From the NCBI GenBank assembly GCA_050633305.1, contig JBOEGF010000013.1, positions 128,001-192,000 on the forward strand: DNA of 64,000 nucleotides, read 5' to 3'. Positions 46,176-58,720 of the stretch are shown here, piece after piece. The translations under genes were made by a program, and so were the position numbers. The notes beneath the pieces are model-generated. The model made no database searches. It worked only from the letters and a program-made list of their open reading frames with translations, and had not been told where the DNA came from. The DNA is from Nannocystales bacterium (GTDB taxonomy: Bacteria; Myxococcota_A; Polyangia; Nannocystales; Nannocystaceae). Position 1 is the first letter of the stretch, and each line of letters opens with the position of its first letter.

Positions 46176-49122
46176 AAACGAAGCCAATCCTTCCGCTCTG
46201 TTGCGCGACGGAGCGGAGCAACCCTTCGACACGCTGGACGAGCGACGCGCGTTCTGTGCCGTGTCCGAGAACCTGCTGGGCCGCCCTGAGGATCCTGCCA
46301 CGCTCGACCGTTTCAGGATCGAGCACCGCGTTGGATCGGGCGGGATGGGAGTGGTCTATGCGGCCTTCGACCCCAAGCTCGGCAGGCGAGTCGCGCTCAA
46401 GCTCCTCAAGCCCGATAGGTCCAGCACCAGGGACCAGGAACGCCTCGTCGATGAAGCCAAGGCGTTGGCCCGACTCAACCATCCAAACATCGTTGGCGTT
46501 CACGAGATCGGCACGGTCGAGGGGCGGGTTTTCATCGCAATGGAGTTGGTCGAGGGCGCGCCCTTGTCCACGTGGCTGCGAACGCCACGCACATGGAAAG
46601 AGGTCGCACGGGTCGCCCTCGATGCTGGACGAGGGCTCGTCGCCGCCCATGAATCCGGCCTCGTGCACCGCGACTTCAAGCCGGCCAACGTCATGCTTCG
46701 AGACGACGGGCGTGTCGTTGTTCTCGACTTCGGCTTGGCGCGCACGCATGACAGCTTCGCATCTGACGCCTCGACCGGTCACGACGCAGCCGACGAACTC
46801 CGCGAGAGCACGCTGGCCAGTGCGATCGCCGGAACGCCCGCGTACATGGCACCTGAGCAACACCTGGGACGAGTTGCGACCCCCCAGAGCGACCAGTTCT
46901 CATTCTGCATGACGATGTACGAGGCTGCGTACGGTGACCGGCCCTTCGATGCGAAGACTCGGATCGCGCTTCTCGAGGCGATTGACCAAGGGAAGTTTCG
47001 TCCCCGCCCAAAGTCTCGCAACGTACCGTCGTGGTTCCGACGGATTCTCGAACGGGGCCTGCAACCCGCACCGCGCGACCGCTGGCCCTCCATGGAGGCT
47101 CTGCTTGCATCCCTCGAAGGCAAGCTATCTCCTCCATGGCGACGCGCAGCCGTCCCCGTCGCCGTCGCAGGGGGAGCCGCAGCGATCACCTTCGCAGCAT
47201 TCGCCGACGAACCCGCTTCGTGTGCAGAGGAGGCACTGGCGATCTCCGAAACGTGGAATGACGAGGTCGCGGAGGGGATCCGCGGAGAATTGCAGAGTAT
47301 CGATCACCCTGCGGCCGCACACGCCCCCGGGGTTCTCGACGCTCAGCTCGATGCGTACGCCGACGCATGGCGCGAGCGTTGGGAGACAGCTTGTACGGCT
47401 GGCCGTCGCACTCCGCCCACGGACACCAGATCCCTGCGCGTCCTGGCGTGTCTCGAAGGACAGCGACAGTGGCTGGCGAGTTCGCTCGAGCTGCTCTCCA
47501 GCCCGACGGGCCCCGTGGTCGCCGACGCGGCCCGCCTGGTCCCAAACGCGACCAACCTTCAGGCATGTGATGACCCCGAGCAGGCCGCCCCCACCGCGGA
47601 CGGCCAGGAGGCCCTGCAACTCCACGCCGAGGTGGAATACAAGGTCAACGAGGCGCGCACCGAGGCCCGCCTGGGGAGAATCGATGGGGCTGAGCGCATG
47701 CTCGACCAGGCCGCCGAGGCCGCAGCCGCCTCCGGGGACGACAGCTTGCGATCTCGCGTCAGCCTGGCCCGCGGGCAGCTCGACGAACAACGGGGCGATC
47801 TCGTCGCAGCGCGCATCGCCTTCGAGAAGGCACTGCTCGAGTCCGAGCGCGCCCACGATACCGTCGCACGCCTCTCCGCAATGCGTCGGATCGCCCGCCA
47901 CCTGCTCGACAGCGGGGAACTCCAAGAGGCCGCGAGAGTCGTGATGCGGGTCGAGGCCGCACACCAACGATTCGAGTCTAGACCGTGGACATGGGACACC
48001 GAGCTCCTCGAACTACGCTCACGGCTCGCCGCACAGAGCAGGAAGTATGAGGAGGCGGTCACGCTAGCACGCAAGCGGCTCGACCTCGTTCGGCATCACG
48101 CCCCCGACGACCGCGACCGCAACCTACGAGCGCGGATGTTCGTCCTACGGGCCCGGATGCCCGTCACCGAGGACGAGAGCTTGGATGCCGCGATCGGGGA
48201 GGTCCTCGAAGAGGCGATCGCACTGCATGGCCCCGTCCATGAGACGACTGCCCTCGCGCACGGGTACGTTGGGCACCGAGCCTACCGAGCGGGGCAGATC
48301 GAGGCCGCTCTGGTGGCATTCGAGAAGGCCCTTGCGATCCGGGAGCGGCTGGGCACCGAGGTCACGGGCCTCCTCAAGGTCCTCAACAACGTCGCCGTTG
48401 GATATGCGCGAACCGGCGAACCGGAGAAGGCCGAAGCCGCGCTTGATCGGATTGTGGAGGTGTCTCGGGCAAACAGCCCGACGTATGACAGGCGGCTCAA
48501 CGCAGCCCTCGTCAATCTCGCGGGGGTCTACGGGGGACGGGGAGACTACGACGACGCGACTCGAACCCTGCGCGAATCCCTGAAGCTCACGAAGTCGCTC
48601 GACGGACCGAACAGCCCCACCTCGGTCATCGCCATGCTCGAGCTCTCCAGAGCGCTCGTCCTCAGCGAAGAAGTTGGCGCGGCTGAGATGGTTCTGAAGC
48701 AAGCCAGAGAGATCGAGCAGCGCGAACGCGGAAAGCAAACGGACCTGGGTGCCGAGCTTCTCGGTGGGCTGGCGAACATCGCGTATGTGAAGGGGGACTT
48801 CGAGGCCATGTTGCCGCTGGCCACCAGCGCCTACGAAACTCTGAGCCCGCGGGCCAGTGTGTCGGTGCGCGCGCAGGTCTCGACCCTCCTCGTCTCCGCC
48901 CTGCTGGGCCAAGAGTCATCCAACTCAACCCAAAAAGCAGACGACGTTCTGCATGAGCTCGAGCAGATCGGGAACGACCTCCGACTACGCGAAGGCGTCC
49001 GGATTCTCATGTCTGAGCAACGCGCCACCATCGACGCGCAGCTGGAAAAAAAGGCGGGCTCACTCAGCCGTCCCGAACACATCGCAGAAGGTGGGGCCGC
49101 CCTGCGAGAGCGACAGCAGTGA
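46168..49122 (+). CDS. Ser/Thr protein kinase with TM segment and TPRs
   Basis: VGSGGMG, VALK, HRDFKPAN, DFGLA, GTPAYMAPE. TM segment then TPRs. Confidence 0.93.
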   Translation: MAENEANPSALLRDGAEQPFDTLDERRAFCAVSENLLGRPEDPATLDRFRIEHRVGSGGMGVVYAAFDPKLGRRVALKLLKPDRSSTRDQERLVDEAKALARLNHPNIVGVHEIGTVEGRVFIAMELVEGAPLSTWLRTPRTWKEVARVALDAGRGLVAAHESGLVHRDFKPANVMLRDDGRVVVLDFGLARTHDSFASDASTGHDAADELRESTLASAIAGTPAYMAPEQHLGRVATPQSDQFSFCMTMYEAAYGDRPFDAKTRIALLEAIDQGKFRPRPKSRNVPSWFRRILERGLQPAPRDRWPSMEALLASLEGKLSPPWRRAAVPVAVAGGAAAITFAAFADEPASCAEEALAISETWNDEVAEGIRGELQSIDHPAAAHAPGVLDAQLDAYADAWRERWETACTAGRRTPPTDTRSLRVLACLEGQRQWLASSLELLSSPTGPVVADAARLVPNATNLQACDDPEQAAPTADGQEALQLHAEVEYKVNEARTEARLGRIDGAERMLDQAAEAAAASGDDSLRSRVSLARGQLDEQRGDLVAARIAFEKALLESERAHDTVARLSAMRRIARHLLDSGELQEAARVVMRVEAAHQRFESRPWTWDTELLELRSRLAAQSRKYEEAVTLARKRLDLVRHHAPDDRDRNLRARMFVLRARMPVTEDESLDAAIGEVLEEAIALHGPVHETTALAHGYVGHRAYRAGQIEAALVAFEKALAIRERLGTEVTGLLKVLNNVAVGYARTGEPEKAEAALDRIVEVSRANSPTYDRRLNAALVNLAGVYGGRGDYDDATRTLRESLKLTKSLDGPNSPTSVIAMLELSRALVLSEEVGAAEMVLKQAREIEQRERGKQTDLGAELLGGLANIAYVKGDFEAMLPLATSAYETLSPRASVSVRAQVSTLLVSALLGQESSNSTQKADDVLHELEQIGNDLRLREGVRILMSEQRATIDAQLEKKAGSLSRPEHIAEGGAALRERQQ

Positions 49123-50820
49123 CGGGACCAGCGTCTGCTGTGTGCAGTCCGTACGGATGATCGGCTCGAACTTCACATCCTCCAACGCGTAGTGCTCGCT
49201 CTTGGCGGCCCAGAACTTCCGGAAGTGCCGCGAGAACAGCATCAGGAAGTAGCGCAGGTAGTAGTGGTCGCCTGTCGCCGCATCCTGCACCTTGTAGATG
49301 CCACCGCCGGTCGCTTGATAGAAGGCGCCGTTCGGGCCGATGGTCGTCGTGAGGCCGCCGCCCGAGTAGTACGGCCCGGTTCCGGCGAGTACGTCGAACT
49401 CGAACTCGCCCGTCTTCATCGAGACCGTCCTCATGTAGTAGGCATCGATCGGTGGGACGGCGGACTCGGTGTTGTCGTCGACGCGCTGGCCGTGGAAGTA
49501 GATCAACCCGGTCAGGGTGGAGAGCTTGGGCACGGAGTTGGTCCGCACATCGGGGTTGTGCCACTTGATGTCGCAGCCGCTCTCGTCGGGGCGGATGTCG
49601 ACACGTGTCATGCCACCCGCCATGTTGCGGTAGTCACCGAAGAACGGCGGCAACGTCTGGCCGGGCGCAACCTGGATCGGTTGAGGCGCGCCGTACCAGT
49701 TGGACACGACGATGCTGCGGCGGTCTCCGATCACAGAGAGGTCGTTGGCGCTCTGCCCCGGCTCGAACAGTGGGACCCTGCAGACCTCTCGGTCGCCCAT
49801 GACGTCGGCACCGCGACGATAGACGAGGAGGTTGACCTGGGGGTCTTCGTTGTCGGTGATCGCGATGTAGTCGCGGCCCAGCAGAGTCGGCGTGCTCCCC
49901 GAGCCGTCGGAGAAGACCCCTGCCTCGGGCGGCTTCGGGACAGACTCGTAGGCTTCCCGCCATGTCTGGACGGGCGCGCCGGTCACAGGGTCTTTGTCGA
50001 ACCGGTACAGCGCGGCGTCGGTGACGAAGTAGACCCCCTCCTCGCCCACCGCGAGGCCGTTCTCCGTCTTCTCGCCGGGAATGAACAACGTGCTCAAGAA
50101 GCCGTCGTCATCACGGACACCCACTGTCACACCGCCGATGTCGGGACCGCCCACCGTTGCGAACCAGTAGTCCCCATCGAAGTCCGGAAGCGTGTCGAAC
50201 ATCGTGTCCCCCGCCGGAATGCCCGGAGAGAAGTCGATGGGCTCCATGAACTCCCAGGTGATCTCACCGGTGATGGCGTCCTCGACCTGGATGTAGTGGT
50301 CGAGCGTTCCATCGGCGCCGCCGTTGATCACCGAGTCGTCGGCGAGCACATGCGGATAGTTGCCTCCGCCAATGTTCTCTCCGTCGAACTGCCCGGTGAA
50401 GAACTCGGTTGAGGCGAGGATGTCGAGGTTGTCGGGATCGAGCAGGTACAGCACGCCTGCCTCGGCCGCGGGATTGGCCGCAAACTCAGGGTTGCCACAT
50501 GTCGTGATGACCCGTCCGTTGGAGTCCACGCGAGGCGTGCCGCACAGGACATAGGCCCGAGACACAACGCGAGGGTCGAGCCCCAACGGTGCAGGGAAGT
50601 CGGTGACGTCCGAGTTGTAGTGGTCGTCGTGGAAGACGCTCTGTTCACCCAAGAGCGGATGCTCCGGGACGTCCTTGGGAGGCATTGGGCGAGGACGCGC
50701 TGGGCTGCCCTCAAAGACCGGGACCGCCTCGAGCCCGGGCCCATCCGGGAGCGGCATCGCGCACGCGGCGCAGCCCAACATGAGCGACGGACCAACTCCT
50801 CGTAGAACGACACGTTTCAT
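49060..50820 (-). CDS. Secreted/lipoprotein beta-propeller-like hypothetical protein
   Basis: Signal peptide with Cys. H.D.YNSD, PDFDGDYWF, ENGLAV, GSGSTPTLLG and ITDN motifs of an uncharacterised family. Confidence 0.75.
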   Translation of the reverse strand: MKRVVLRGVGPSLMLGCAACAMPLPDGPGLEAVPVFEGSPARPRPMPPKDVPEHPLLGEQSVFHDDHYNSDVTDFPAPLGLDPRVVSRAYVLCGTPRVDSNGRVITTCGNPEFAANPAAEAGVLYLLDPDNLDILASTEFFTGQFDGENIGGGNYPHVLADDSVINGGADGTLDHYIQVEDAITGEITWEFMEPIDFSPGIPAGDTMFDTLPDFDGDYWFATVGGPDIGGVTVGVRDDDGFLSTLFIPGEKTENGLAVGEEGVYFVTDAALYRFDKDPVTGAPVQTWREAYESVPKPPEAGVFSDGSGSTPTLLGRDYIAITDNEDPQVNLLVYRRGADVMGDREVCRVPLFEPGQSANDLSVIGDRRSIVVSNWYGAPQPIQVAPGQTLPPFFGDYRNMAGGMTRVDIRPDESGCDIKWHNPDVRTNSVPKLSTLTGLIYFHGQRVDDNTESAVPPIDAYYMRTVSMKTGEFEFDVLAGTGPYYSGGGLTTTIGPNGAFYQATGGGIYKVQDAATGDHYYLRYFLMLFSRHFRKFWAAKSEHYALEDVKFEPIIRTDCTQQTLVPSLLSLSQGGPTFCDVFGTAE

Positions 50821-51044
50821 CAACAACCCCATCCTGAAGGCAATCCGGCTTCAAAACACGGACCACTGTGGATGCAATTTAGAGCACGACAACTTTGCGA
50901 TGCAATCACCGCCAGTCACATAAACGGGAATAGCGCGGCGTACGGACCCAAAGATGTCATCGAGGGTCGCGCTGGGAACCGAAACCCTGTAGCCCGAGCC
51001 GCCAAGCGTCTTGACCCCTGTGGTCCGCTCCCCTACTCAGGGGC

Positions 51045-51569
51045 GTGGTGGAGCCCGCGCGCCTTCCGTTCGAACGCCTCAGCGGTGGGGAGCAGTTCGC
51101 GTTCTATGCATGGGGTCCAATCCTCATCAGCCTCAACGGAGTACAGGCTTCCGATGCCTACTTCGAGAGCTTTGACCGCGCGCTCGACTTGCACCTGGCG
51201 GGCCAGCACAGCGACGTGTGGATGTACTCGCTGCATCGAATCGAGCGAGTCACCTCCCAGCCGACGGCCAATGCACGTCAGCGATCAACCGAGCTGCTCA
51301 AACGCGTCGACCCGTTTCTCCGCGCCAACGTGATGGTGTTCGACATGCGCGGGATGGCGGGCGCGATCATTCGGACGTTCGTCAGCGGTGTCTTCCTACT
51401 GACACGAACCCGGGTCCCAAACAATGTCTGCGACGATCCGGTCGAGGGCGCGCAATGGCTTCGGGACGTCGACCCGCCACCCCCCGGATTGGCGGAGAAT
51501 TTCGATGCGTTTCGGGACACCGTCCTTGAAGAGGCGGACCGTGTGCTCGGGCCCAGCCCACGACGCTGA
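51045..51569 (+). CDS. Hypothetical protein (STAS/SEC14-like myxobacterial family)
   Basis: PTANARQ, GMAGAIIRTFV and EGAQWL pattern. TTGACC-N17-TACTCA directly upstream. Confidence 0.65.
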   Translation: MVEPARLPFERLSGGEQFAFYAWGPILISLNGVQASDAYFESFDRALDLHLAGQHSDVWMYSLHRIERVTSQPTANARQRSTELLKRVDPFLRANVMVFDMRGMAGAIIRTFVSGVFLLTRTRVPNNVCDDPVEGAQWLRDVDPPPPGLAENFDAFRDTVLEEADRVLGPSPRR

Positions 51570-51628
51570 GCTGGAAACTCCTCGCGCAATCCGGGGAACA
51601 TCGGCGGCCGGGGGCTGTCGGGTCATGC

Positions 51629-54600
51629 ATGCAGGTGTGTCGCCCGTCGCTCTTCATCACGCTCTGCTTGGCCTTGGGAAGCTGCACCAAAGCCCCACCC
51701 GCCCCGACACAGCAGCATCAAGCGCCCCCAGCCCCCGAGGACGACGGGCCACCCCCGGCCCCCTCGATGCGGCTGACCACGGGGGAAGGCACAGGCCTGG
51801 AGCTGACCAACCTTGAGGTGCGTGGTGTCGTCCAAGGCCCACTGGGTTTCACCGAACTGCACCTCACCTTCAAAAACCCGGAGGACAGAACGCTGGCCGG
51901 TCAGTTCGTCATCGACTTGCCTCCAGGAGCGGCACTGTCCCGGTTTGCGATGAAAATCGAGGGACAGTGGCAGGAAGGCGAGGTCGTTGAGCGGCAGGCA
52001 GCCCGACAGATCTACGATCGATTCCTCCACAACAACGTCGACCCGGCATTGCTCCAGAAGCAGGCAGGCAACCGATTCAGCGCGAAGGTCTTCCCCATCC
52101 CTGCACTGGGGCGCAAAGAGCTGGTCCTCAGCTACTCCCAGGTCTTGGACGGAACCTCGGACTACCGAGTCCCACTTCGTGGTTTGCCTCAACTCGAGCA
52201 CTTCGACGCGACGGTGTTCGTGCACGAAACGCAGGGTGCCAAGACCCGGCGCCGCGTCGTCGAGGCGCATGAGGAGGCCTACACCCCAGCGAAGGACCTC
52301 CTTGTCCCCAGCGGGAGCTCGACTCCCGAGCTTGGACTGAGGGGAGACGACGGCGTGGCCATGCGCGTCGTGCTCGGTGGTGATGTGCAGGCGCGCCCCC
52401 TACACCATCTCACCATCGCGTTCGACACCAGCGCGTCGCGAGCGAGGGGGTACGCAGGACGCGTGCGAGAGCTCGGTGCCCTCATCACGAGGTTGGGGCA
52501 GCAGCATCCCGACCTGCACATCGAAGTGGTGGCCTTCGACCAAGACGTGAAGCCGGTGTTCGAGGGACGCGCGACGGATTTCGCGGCACCACAACTCCAG
52601 GGACTGCTCTCCCGAGGGGCATTGGGCGCCTCAGACCCCGGGCGGATGCTCGAGAACTTCGTCTCCGATCCTCCAGCGCGCCTCCTGGTGGTGTCCGACG
52701 GCATCGCGACGTCTGGGAAGAGCGAACTCGCCGAGCTACGCTCGACGCTCGACGTCCTGAAAGAGGGTGGGCTCCAACGACTCGACGTTGTCCTCGACGC
52801 CTCAACCGGCAGTGACATCCTGCTCGGCGACCTGGCCCGTGGCCGACTCCCGCAAGACGGCAGCATCACCCGAAGCGACAGGCCCACAGAGGAGATCGTG
52901 GACCGCATCGGGCGCGGCATACTCGGCCCGATCTCGGTCCACGTCGAAGGTGCCACATCCGTCTGGCCCACCGAGATTCGCGGTGCACAACCTGGGGACA
53001 CGGCGATGATCTATGCCCACGGTGTCCCCAAGGGACCCATCGCAACCCGGCTGCGTGGGGGGTTGCAGCAAGACTCGAGCGTGCCCACGGTCGCAGCGCC
53101 CGGGCCCCTTCTCGCACGAGCTCTGGTGTCATCGAAGATCGATGCCCTCACCGCCGCCCACTCCGCCGCGGAGGACCCCTCGAAGAAAGCAGACCTACGC
53201 AAGCGCATCGTGGCTCTGTCCCAAAACCACCGGGTGATCTCGGACTTCACGGCGATGCTCGTCCTCGAGACCGAGTGGGACTACCGGCGCTTCAACATCG
53301 ACCGAGACGCGGTTGTCGATATTCTCGTGGTCGGGGATGACGGAGCCAGCCGCGTCCCCCGAAGCCGGAGCACACCACAACCCGCTCCGCCCCCCGCCCG
53401 AGCGGCCGAGAACGCTGTTGGAGACGCCGGCATCCTCGGGATGCTCGACACCAAGACGGGGCACTTCCTCGCATCCCCGTACGGCGCCGCCTTTGCGGTC
53501 GGCAATGATGATGAAGACGTCTGGGGTGGACTGACAGGGTCCGAAGTCGGCGAAGCCTTCGGGGTTGGCGGCTTGGGGCTCGTGGGGACCGGGCGCGGCG
53601 GCGGCGGCACCGGGAACGGGTTCGGCGAGGGAACGATCGGCCTGGGGAACGTTGGGCTCATCGGCCGAGGGGGCGGCGGCGGGACCGGGACGGGGTTCGG
53701 CCGGGGCCTCGCCTTTGCACCCCGGCAGAGGTTCGTGCCGCGAGTCCGAATCATGACGCCTCAGGTCCAACGCGGAATGCCGAAGGACTACGTCCGCCGC
53801 ATCGCGCGGGCGCACATCAACGAGCCGCGGTACTGTTACCTACAAGCATTGGACCGTGTGCCCGATCTGTCTGGAAGGCTGGATGTGAACTTCAGCATCG
53901 GGCCCAACGGCAAGGTCGCGACCGCGAAGGTGGATGGAGGCACCATGAAGGACGACAGGGTCGAAGCTTGTATCGAGCGTGCGATCGTCCGCTGGAATTT
54001 TCCAAAACCCAAGAGCAAGGCGTCTGTCGACGTGTCGCTGGCATTCAAGTTCAGCCGGAGTAAGCGGCCCCCACCTCCGCCTCCGCGGCCAGCCCCCGTG
54101 GCTCCGATCGCACGGCGTCCCAAGGCGCCAAGCAAGGCTCATTATCCTCCAGAAGACCTCGTGCAAGTGGACGCCAACCTCACCATCCCGCACGAGGGGA
54201 GGATGCTCGAGGTTTCGACCGCGCTCGAACAAGGCGACCCCGGCGGCGCACTTGCGACGGCACGCGCGTGGAGACGGGAAGCCCCTGAGGACGTCATGGC
54301 GCTGGTCGCCCTCGGCCAGGCCTACGAGGCGACGGGGCTGCGAAGCAAGGCCACGCGTGCGTACGGCTCGCTCATCGAGATGTTCCCCTCCGACGCCCCG
54401 ATGCTCAGGCACGCCTCCGCACGACTGACATCCATCGGTGGAGACGAGGCCAATGCGCTCGCGCTCGACGCTGCGCGACAAGCCTACGAAGAACGACCCG
54501 ACCACCCCTCGAGTCACCGAACCTATGCATGGGCGCTCGTCGCGATGCAGAAGTACGAACAGGCCTTTGGCATCCTGCGCGACGCCGCAAAGAAGGGGTT

Positions 54601-55111
54601 CGCGGTCCGATACGAAGGCGTGAACCAAATCCTTCGGGATGACGCCGCCGTGGTCGCTGCGAAGTGGGCCTCGGAAGTCCCAGAGCGGGCGAAGGAGATC
54701 CGGGCCCAGGCCAGGGGCTCCGGCATCCGAATCCTGCGGGAGCCGGTCACACACTTCGTCCTGTCCTGGGAGACGGACGCCAACGATGTCGACCTCCACG
54801 TCTACGACTGTGACGGCTCTCATGCGTACTACCTCCGCCGCGGACTCGAATCCGGAGGTTTTCTGTACGCGGACGTCCGGGATGGCTACGGCCCCGAATC
54901 ATTCACCATCGAAGGCGAGCCGCGTGGCTACCCGTACCGGATCGACGTGGACTACTTCCGACGAGGGCCCATGGGTCACGGGTTGGGGGCGCTGCAGATC
55001 ATCCAGACCGGAGAATCCCAGGAGACGGAGGTCATCCCGTTCGTCCTGATGATGGAGAAAGGCCGCGCTCGTCTCAAACTGATGAAGGGCCCACTCGCCC
55101 CGCCCACCTAA
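51629..55111 (+). CDS. Lipoprotein with VIT, vWA-like, Gly-rich AgmX/PglI C-terminal (TonB-like), TPR and DUF2135-like domains
   Basis: LGSC lipobox. TELHLTF.NP..R.L.G.F, DPALL, FDTSASR, SDGI, DVWGGL.G/GLG..G.GGGG, CY...L...P.L.G, LSWETDANDVDLH and GYGPE motifs. Confidence 0.85.
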   Translation: MQVCRPSLFITLCLALGSCTKAPPAPTQQHQAPPAPEDDGPPPAPSMRLTTGEGTGLELTNLEVRGVVQGPLGFTELHLTFKNPEDRTLAGQFVIDLPPGAALSRFAMKIEGQWQEGEVVERQAARQIYDRFLHNNVDPALLQKQAGNRFSAKVFPIPALGRKELVLSYSQVLDGTSDYRVPLRGLPQLEHFDATVFVHETQGAKTRRRVVEAHEEAYTPAKDLLVPSGSSTPELGLRGDDGVAMRVVLGGDVQARPLHHLTIAFDTSASRARGYAGRVRELGALITRLGQQHPDLHIEVVAFDQDVKPVFEGRATDFAAPQLQGLLSRGALGASDPGRMLENFVSDPPARLLVVSDGIATSGKSELAELRSTLDVLKEGGLQRLDVVLDASTGSDILLGDLARGRLPQDGSITRSDRPTEEIVDRIGRGILGPISVHVEGATSVWPTEIRGAQPGDTAMIYAHGVPKGPIATRLRGGLQQDSSVPTVAAPGPLLARALVSSKIDALTAAHSAAEDPSKKADLRKRIVALSQNHRVISDFTAMLVLETEWDYRRFNIDRDAVVDILVVGDDGASRVPRSRSTPQPAPPPARAAENAVGDAGILGMLDTKTGHFLASPYGAAFAVGNDDEDVWGGLTGSEVGEAFGVGGLGLVGTGRGGGGTGNGFGEGTIGLGNVGLIGRGGGGGTGTGFGRGLAFAPRQRFVPRVRIMTPQVQRGMPKDYVRRIARAHINEPRYCYLQALDRVPDLSGRLDVNFSIGPNGKVATAKVDGGTMKDDRVEACIERAIVRWNFPKPKSKASVDVSLAFKFSRSKRPPPPPPRPAPVAPIARRPKAPSKAHYPPEDLVQVDANLTIPHEGRMLEVSTALEQGDPGGALATARAWRREAPEDVMALVALGQAYEATGLRSKATRAYGSLIEMFPSDAPMLRHASARLTSIGGDEANALALDAARQAYEERPDHPSSHRTYAWALVAMQKYEQAFGILRDAAKKGFAVRYEGVNQILRDDAAVVAAKWASEVPERAKEIRAQARGSGIRILREPVTHFVLSWETDANDVDLHVYDCDGSHAYYLRRGLESGGFLYADVRDGYGPESFTIEGEPRGYPYRIDVDYFRRGPMGHGLGALQIIQTGESQETEVIPFVLMMEKGRARLKLMKGPLAPPT

Positions 55112-55250
55112 CGGCGCTTCATCGCGGATCAGGAGAAGTCGAGTCCGTGGGGCATCGGACGATGCCTGTCTCCAGGCCCCTCACTCGCCGGAATAGAATC
55201 GAGCGACATCACTGTAAGGGCGCACGAATCGGAGGCGTTCAGCCGCCGTG

Positions 55251-56081
55251 ATGCGACAGCTTCTCTCCCTTGGCCTACTCCTGACCACGATCTCCGCCTG
55301 CGCCAGCGCACCCCGGGCGGAAGAGCCGAGTGCCCCCATGGCGGACATGGTTGCGGCGCCGGCCGCCGCCGCCCCGGTCCCGCTCCAGGAGTCCCACTTC
55401 GCCCGGACAGCCCAAGGGACTCTGTCGGAGGCGAAACTGCAGAAGATCCTCGACCAGCCGCTCGAACTCGACCTTCCCGGACGCGTGGGTGTGCTGCCGA
55501 TCGTGGAGGCCGAGGATTGGCGCGGCCCCAGCCCCTCGTATGACCGGGTCACTCCCGGCCTATCCCGGTTTGCCGACAAGCTCCCCGCTGACGATGGCTT
55601 CGCCCATGTCACCGAAATGATGCCGATCCCCTCCGGCGCGCTCGGAATGGAGGCCCTTCGGGAGGTCGCAGCCCGCTACAAGCTCCGCTACCTGATGCTC
55701 TACCGCGAGCATGTGAACGAGACTCAACGGGCCAACGGTGTGGCGGCCGGCTACCTGAGCGTCGTGGGGGCCTTCGTCCTGCCCGGCGCCACACTGGAGG
55801 TCGACGGGTACGCGGAAGCGTCCTTGTTTGACGTGAAGACCGGACTGTTGCTCTTCACTGTGCGCGAGCGACTGGGCGACCAACGCCGAAGCAACGTTTG
55901 GCAGCGAGAGCGAAAGCTCGGGGACATGCGAGAGGCCCTCGCGACCGAAGCCGCCGATGAACTCGCCAAGCGGACCCGTGTCGCGCTCGAAGAGCTGCGG
56001 CTGGCACTCGCGACCCCCACAGCCCTTCCCGCCGCCGTTGAACAGCCCTCGGAGTCCACCGTGGTCGGTGCTGGGCAGTAG
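55251..56081 (+). CDS. Lipoprotein resembling the rhombotarget lipoprotein family
   Basis: ISAC lipobox. P.RVGV, YLSVVGAFVLPG and ASLFDVKTG.LLF motifs. Confidence 0.6.
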   Translation: MRQLLSLGLLLTTISACASAPRAEEPSAPMADMVAAPAAAAPVPLQESHFARTAQGTLSEAKLQKILDQPLELDLPGRVGVLPIVEAEDWRGPSPSYDRVTPGLSRFADKLPADDGFAHVTEMMPIPSGALGMEALREVAARYKLRYLMLYREHVNETQRANGVAAGYLSVVGAFVLPGATLEVDGYAEASLFDVKTGLLLFTVRERLGDQRRSNVWQRERKLGDMREALATEAADELAKRTRVALEELRLALATPTALPAAVEQPSESTVVGAGQ

Positions 56082-58379
<2,298 letters not shown>

Positions 58380-58402
58380 CAAAGCAGCGTAGTCCCGAGC
58401 CA

Positions 58403-58427
58403 GGGCCGGGTCGAACAGGCTCGGCCC
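58403..58427. terminator. Hairpin between convergent katG and small gene
   Basis: GGGCCGGGTC-GAACA-GGCTCGGCCC. No U-tract. Confidence 0.35.
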
Positions 58428-58433
58428 GGAGGC

Positions 58434-58679
58434 TCAGATCCCGCCGAGGAGCTCCATGAACCACGTCGCGATCATGCCGATGCGGCGGCCCTTCCACGCC
58501 ATGAGCACGGTCGAGATGACCGCCAACGCACCGCACAGGTAGATCGAGGCCGGCCCAATCAGGTCGCCGAGCGTGATGAACGTCAGCAACGAGAGGGCAC
58601 AGCCCAGGACCAGCGCGACGATGATACGAAGCCACAAGGGGTCCGCTCGCTTTGCCTTCTCACCCATGGGCTCAACCAT
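58434..58679 (-). CDS. Small membrane protein
   Basis: 81 aa with two hydrophobic segments. Confidence 0.6.
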   Translation of the reverse strand: MVEPMGEKAKRADPLWLRIIVALVLGCALSLLTFITLGDLIGPASIYLCGALAVISTVLMAWKGRRIGMIATWFMELLGGI

Positions 58680-58720
58680 CGCACAGTGCAGGACGGCCCG
58701 TGCGACGGGCAGCTCGTCAT

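Noticed and set aside
50871..50916. GATGCAAT direct repeat and a minus-strand TGGC...TTGCA as a sigma54 promoter
   Set aside because: GG-GC spacing is 8 nt rather than 10, and the repeat alone is too weak.
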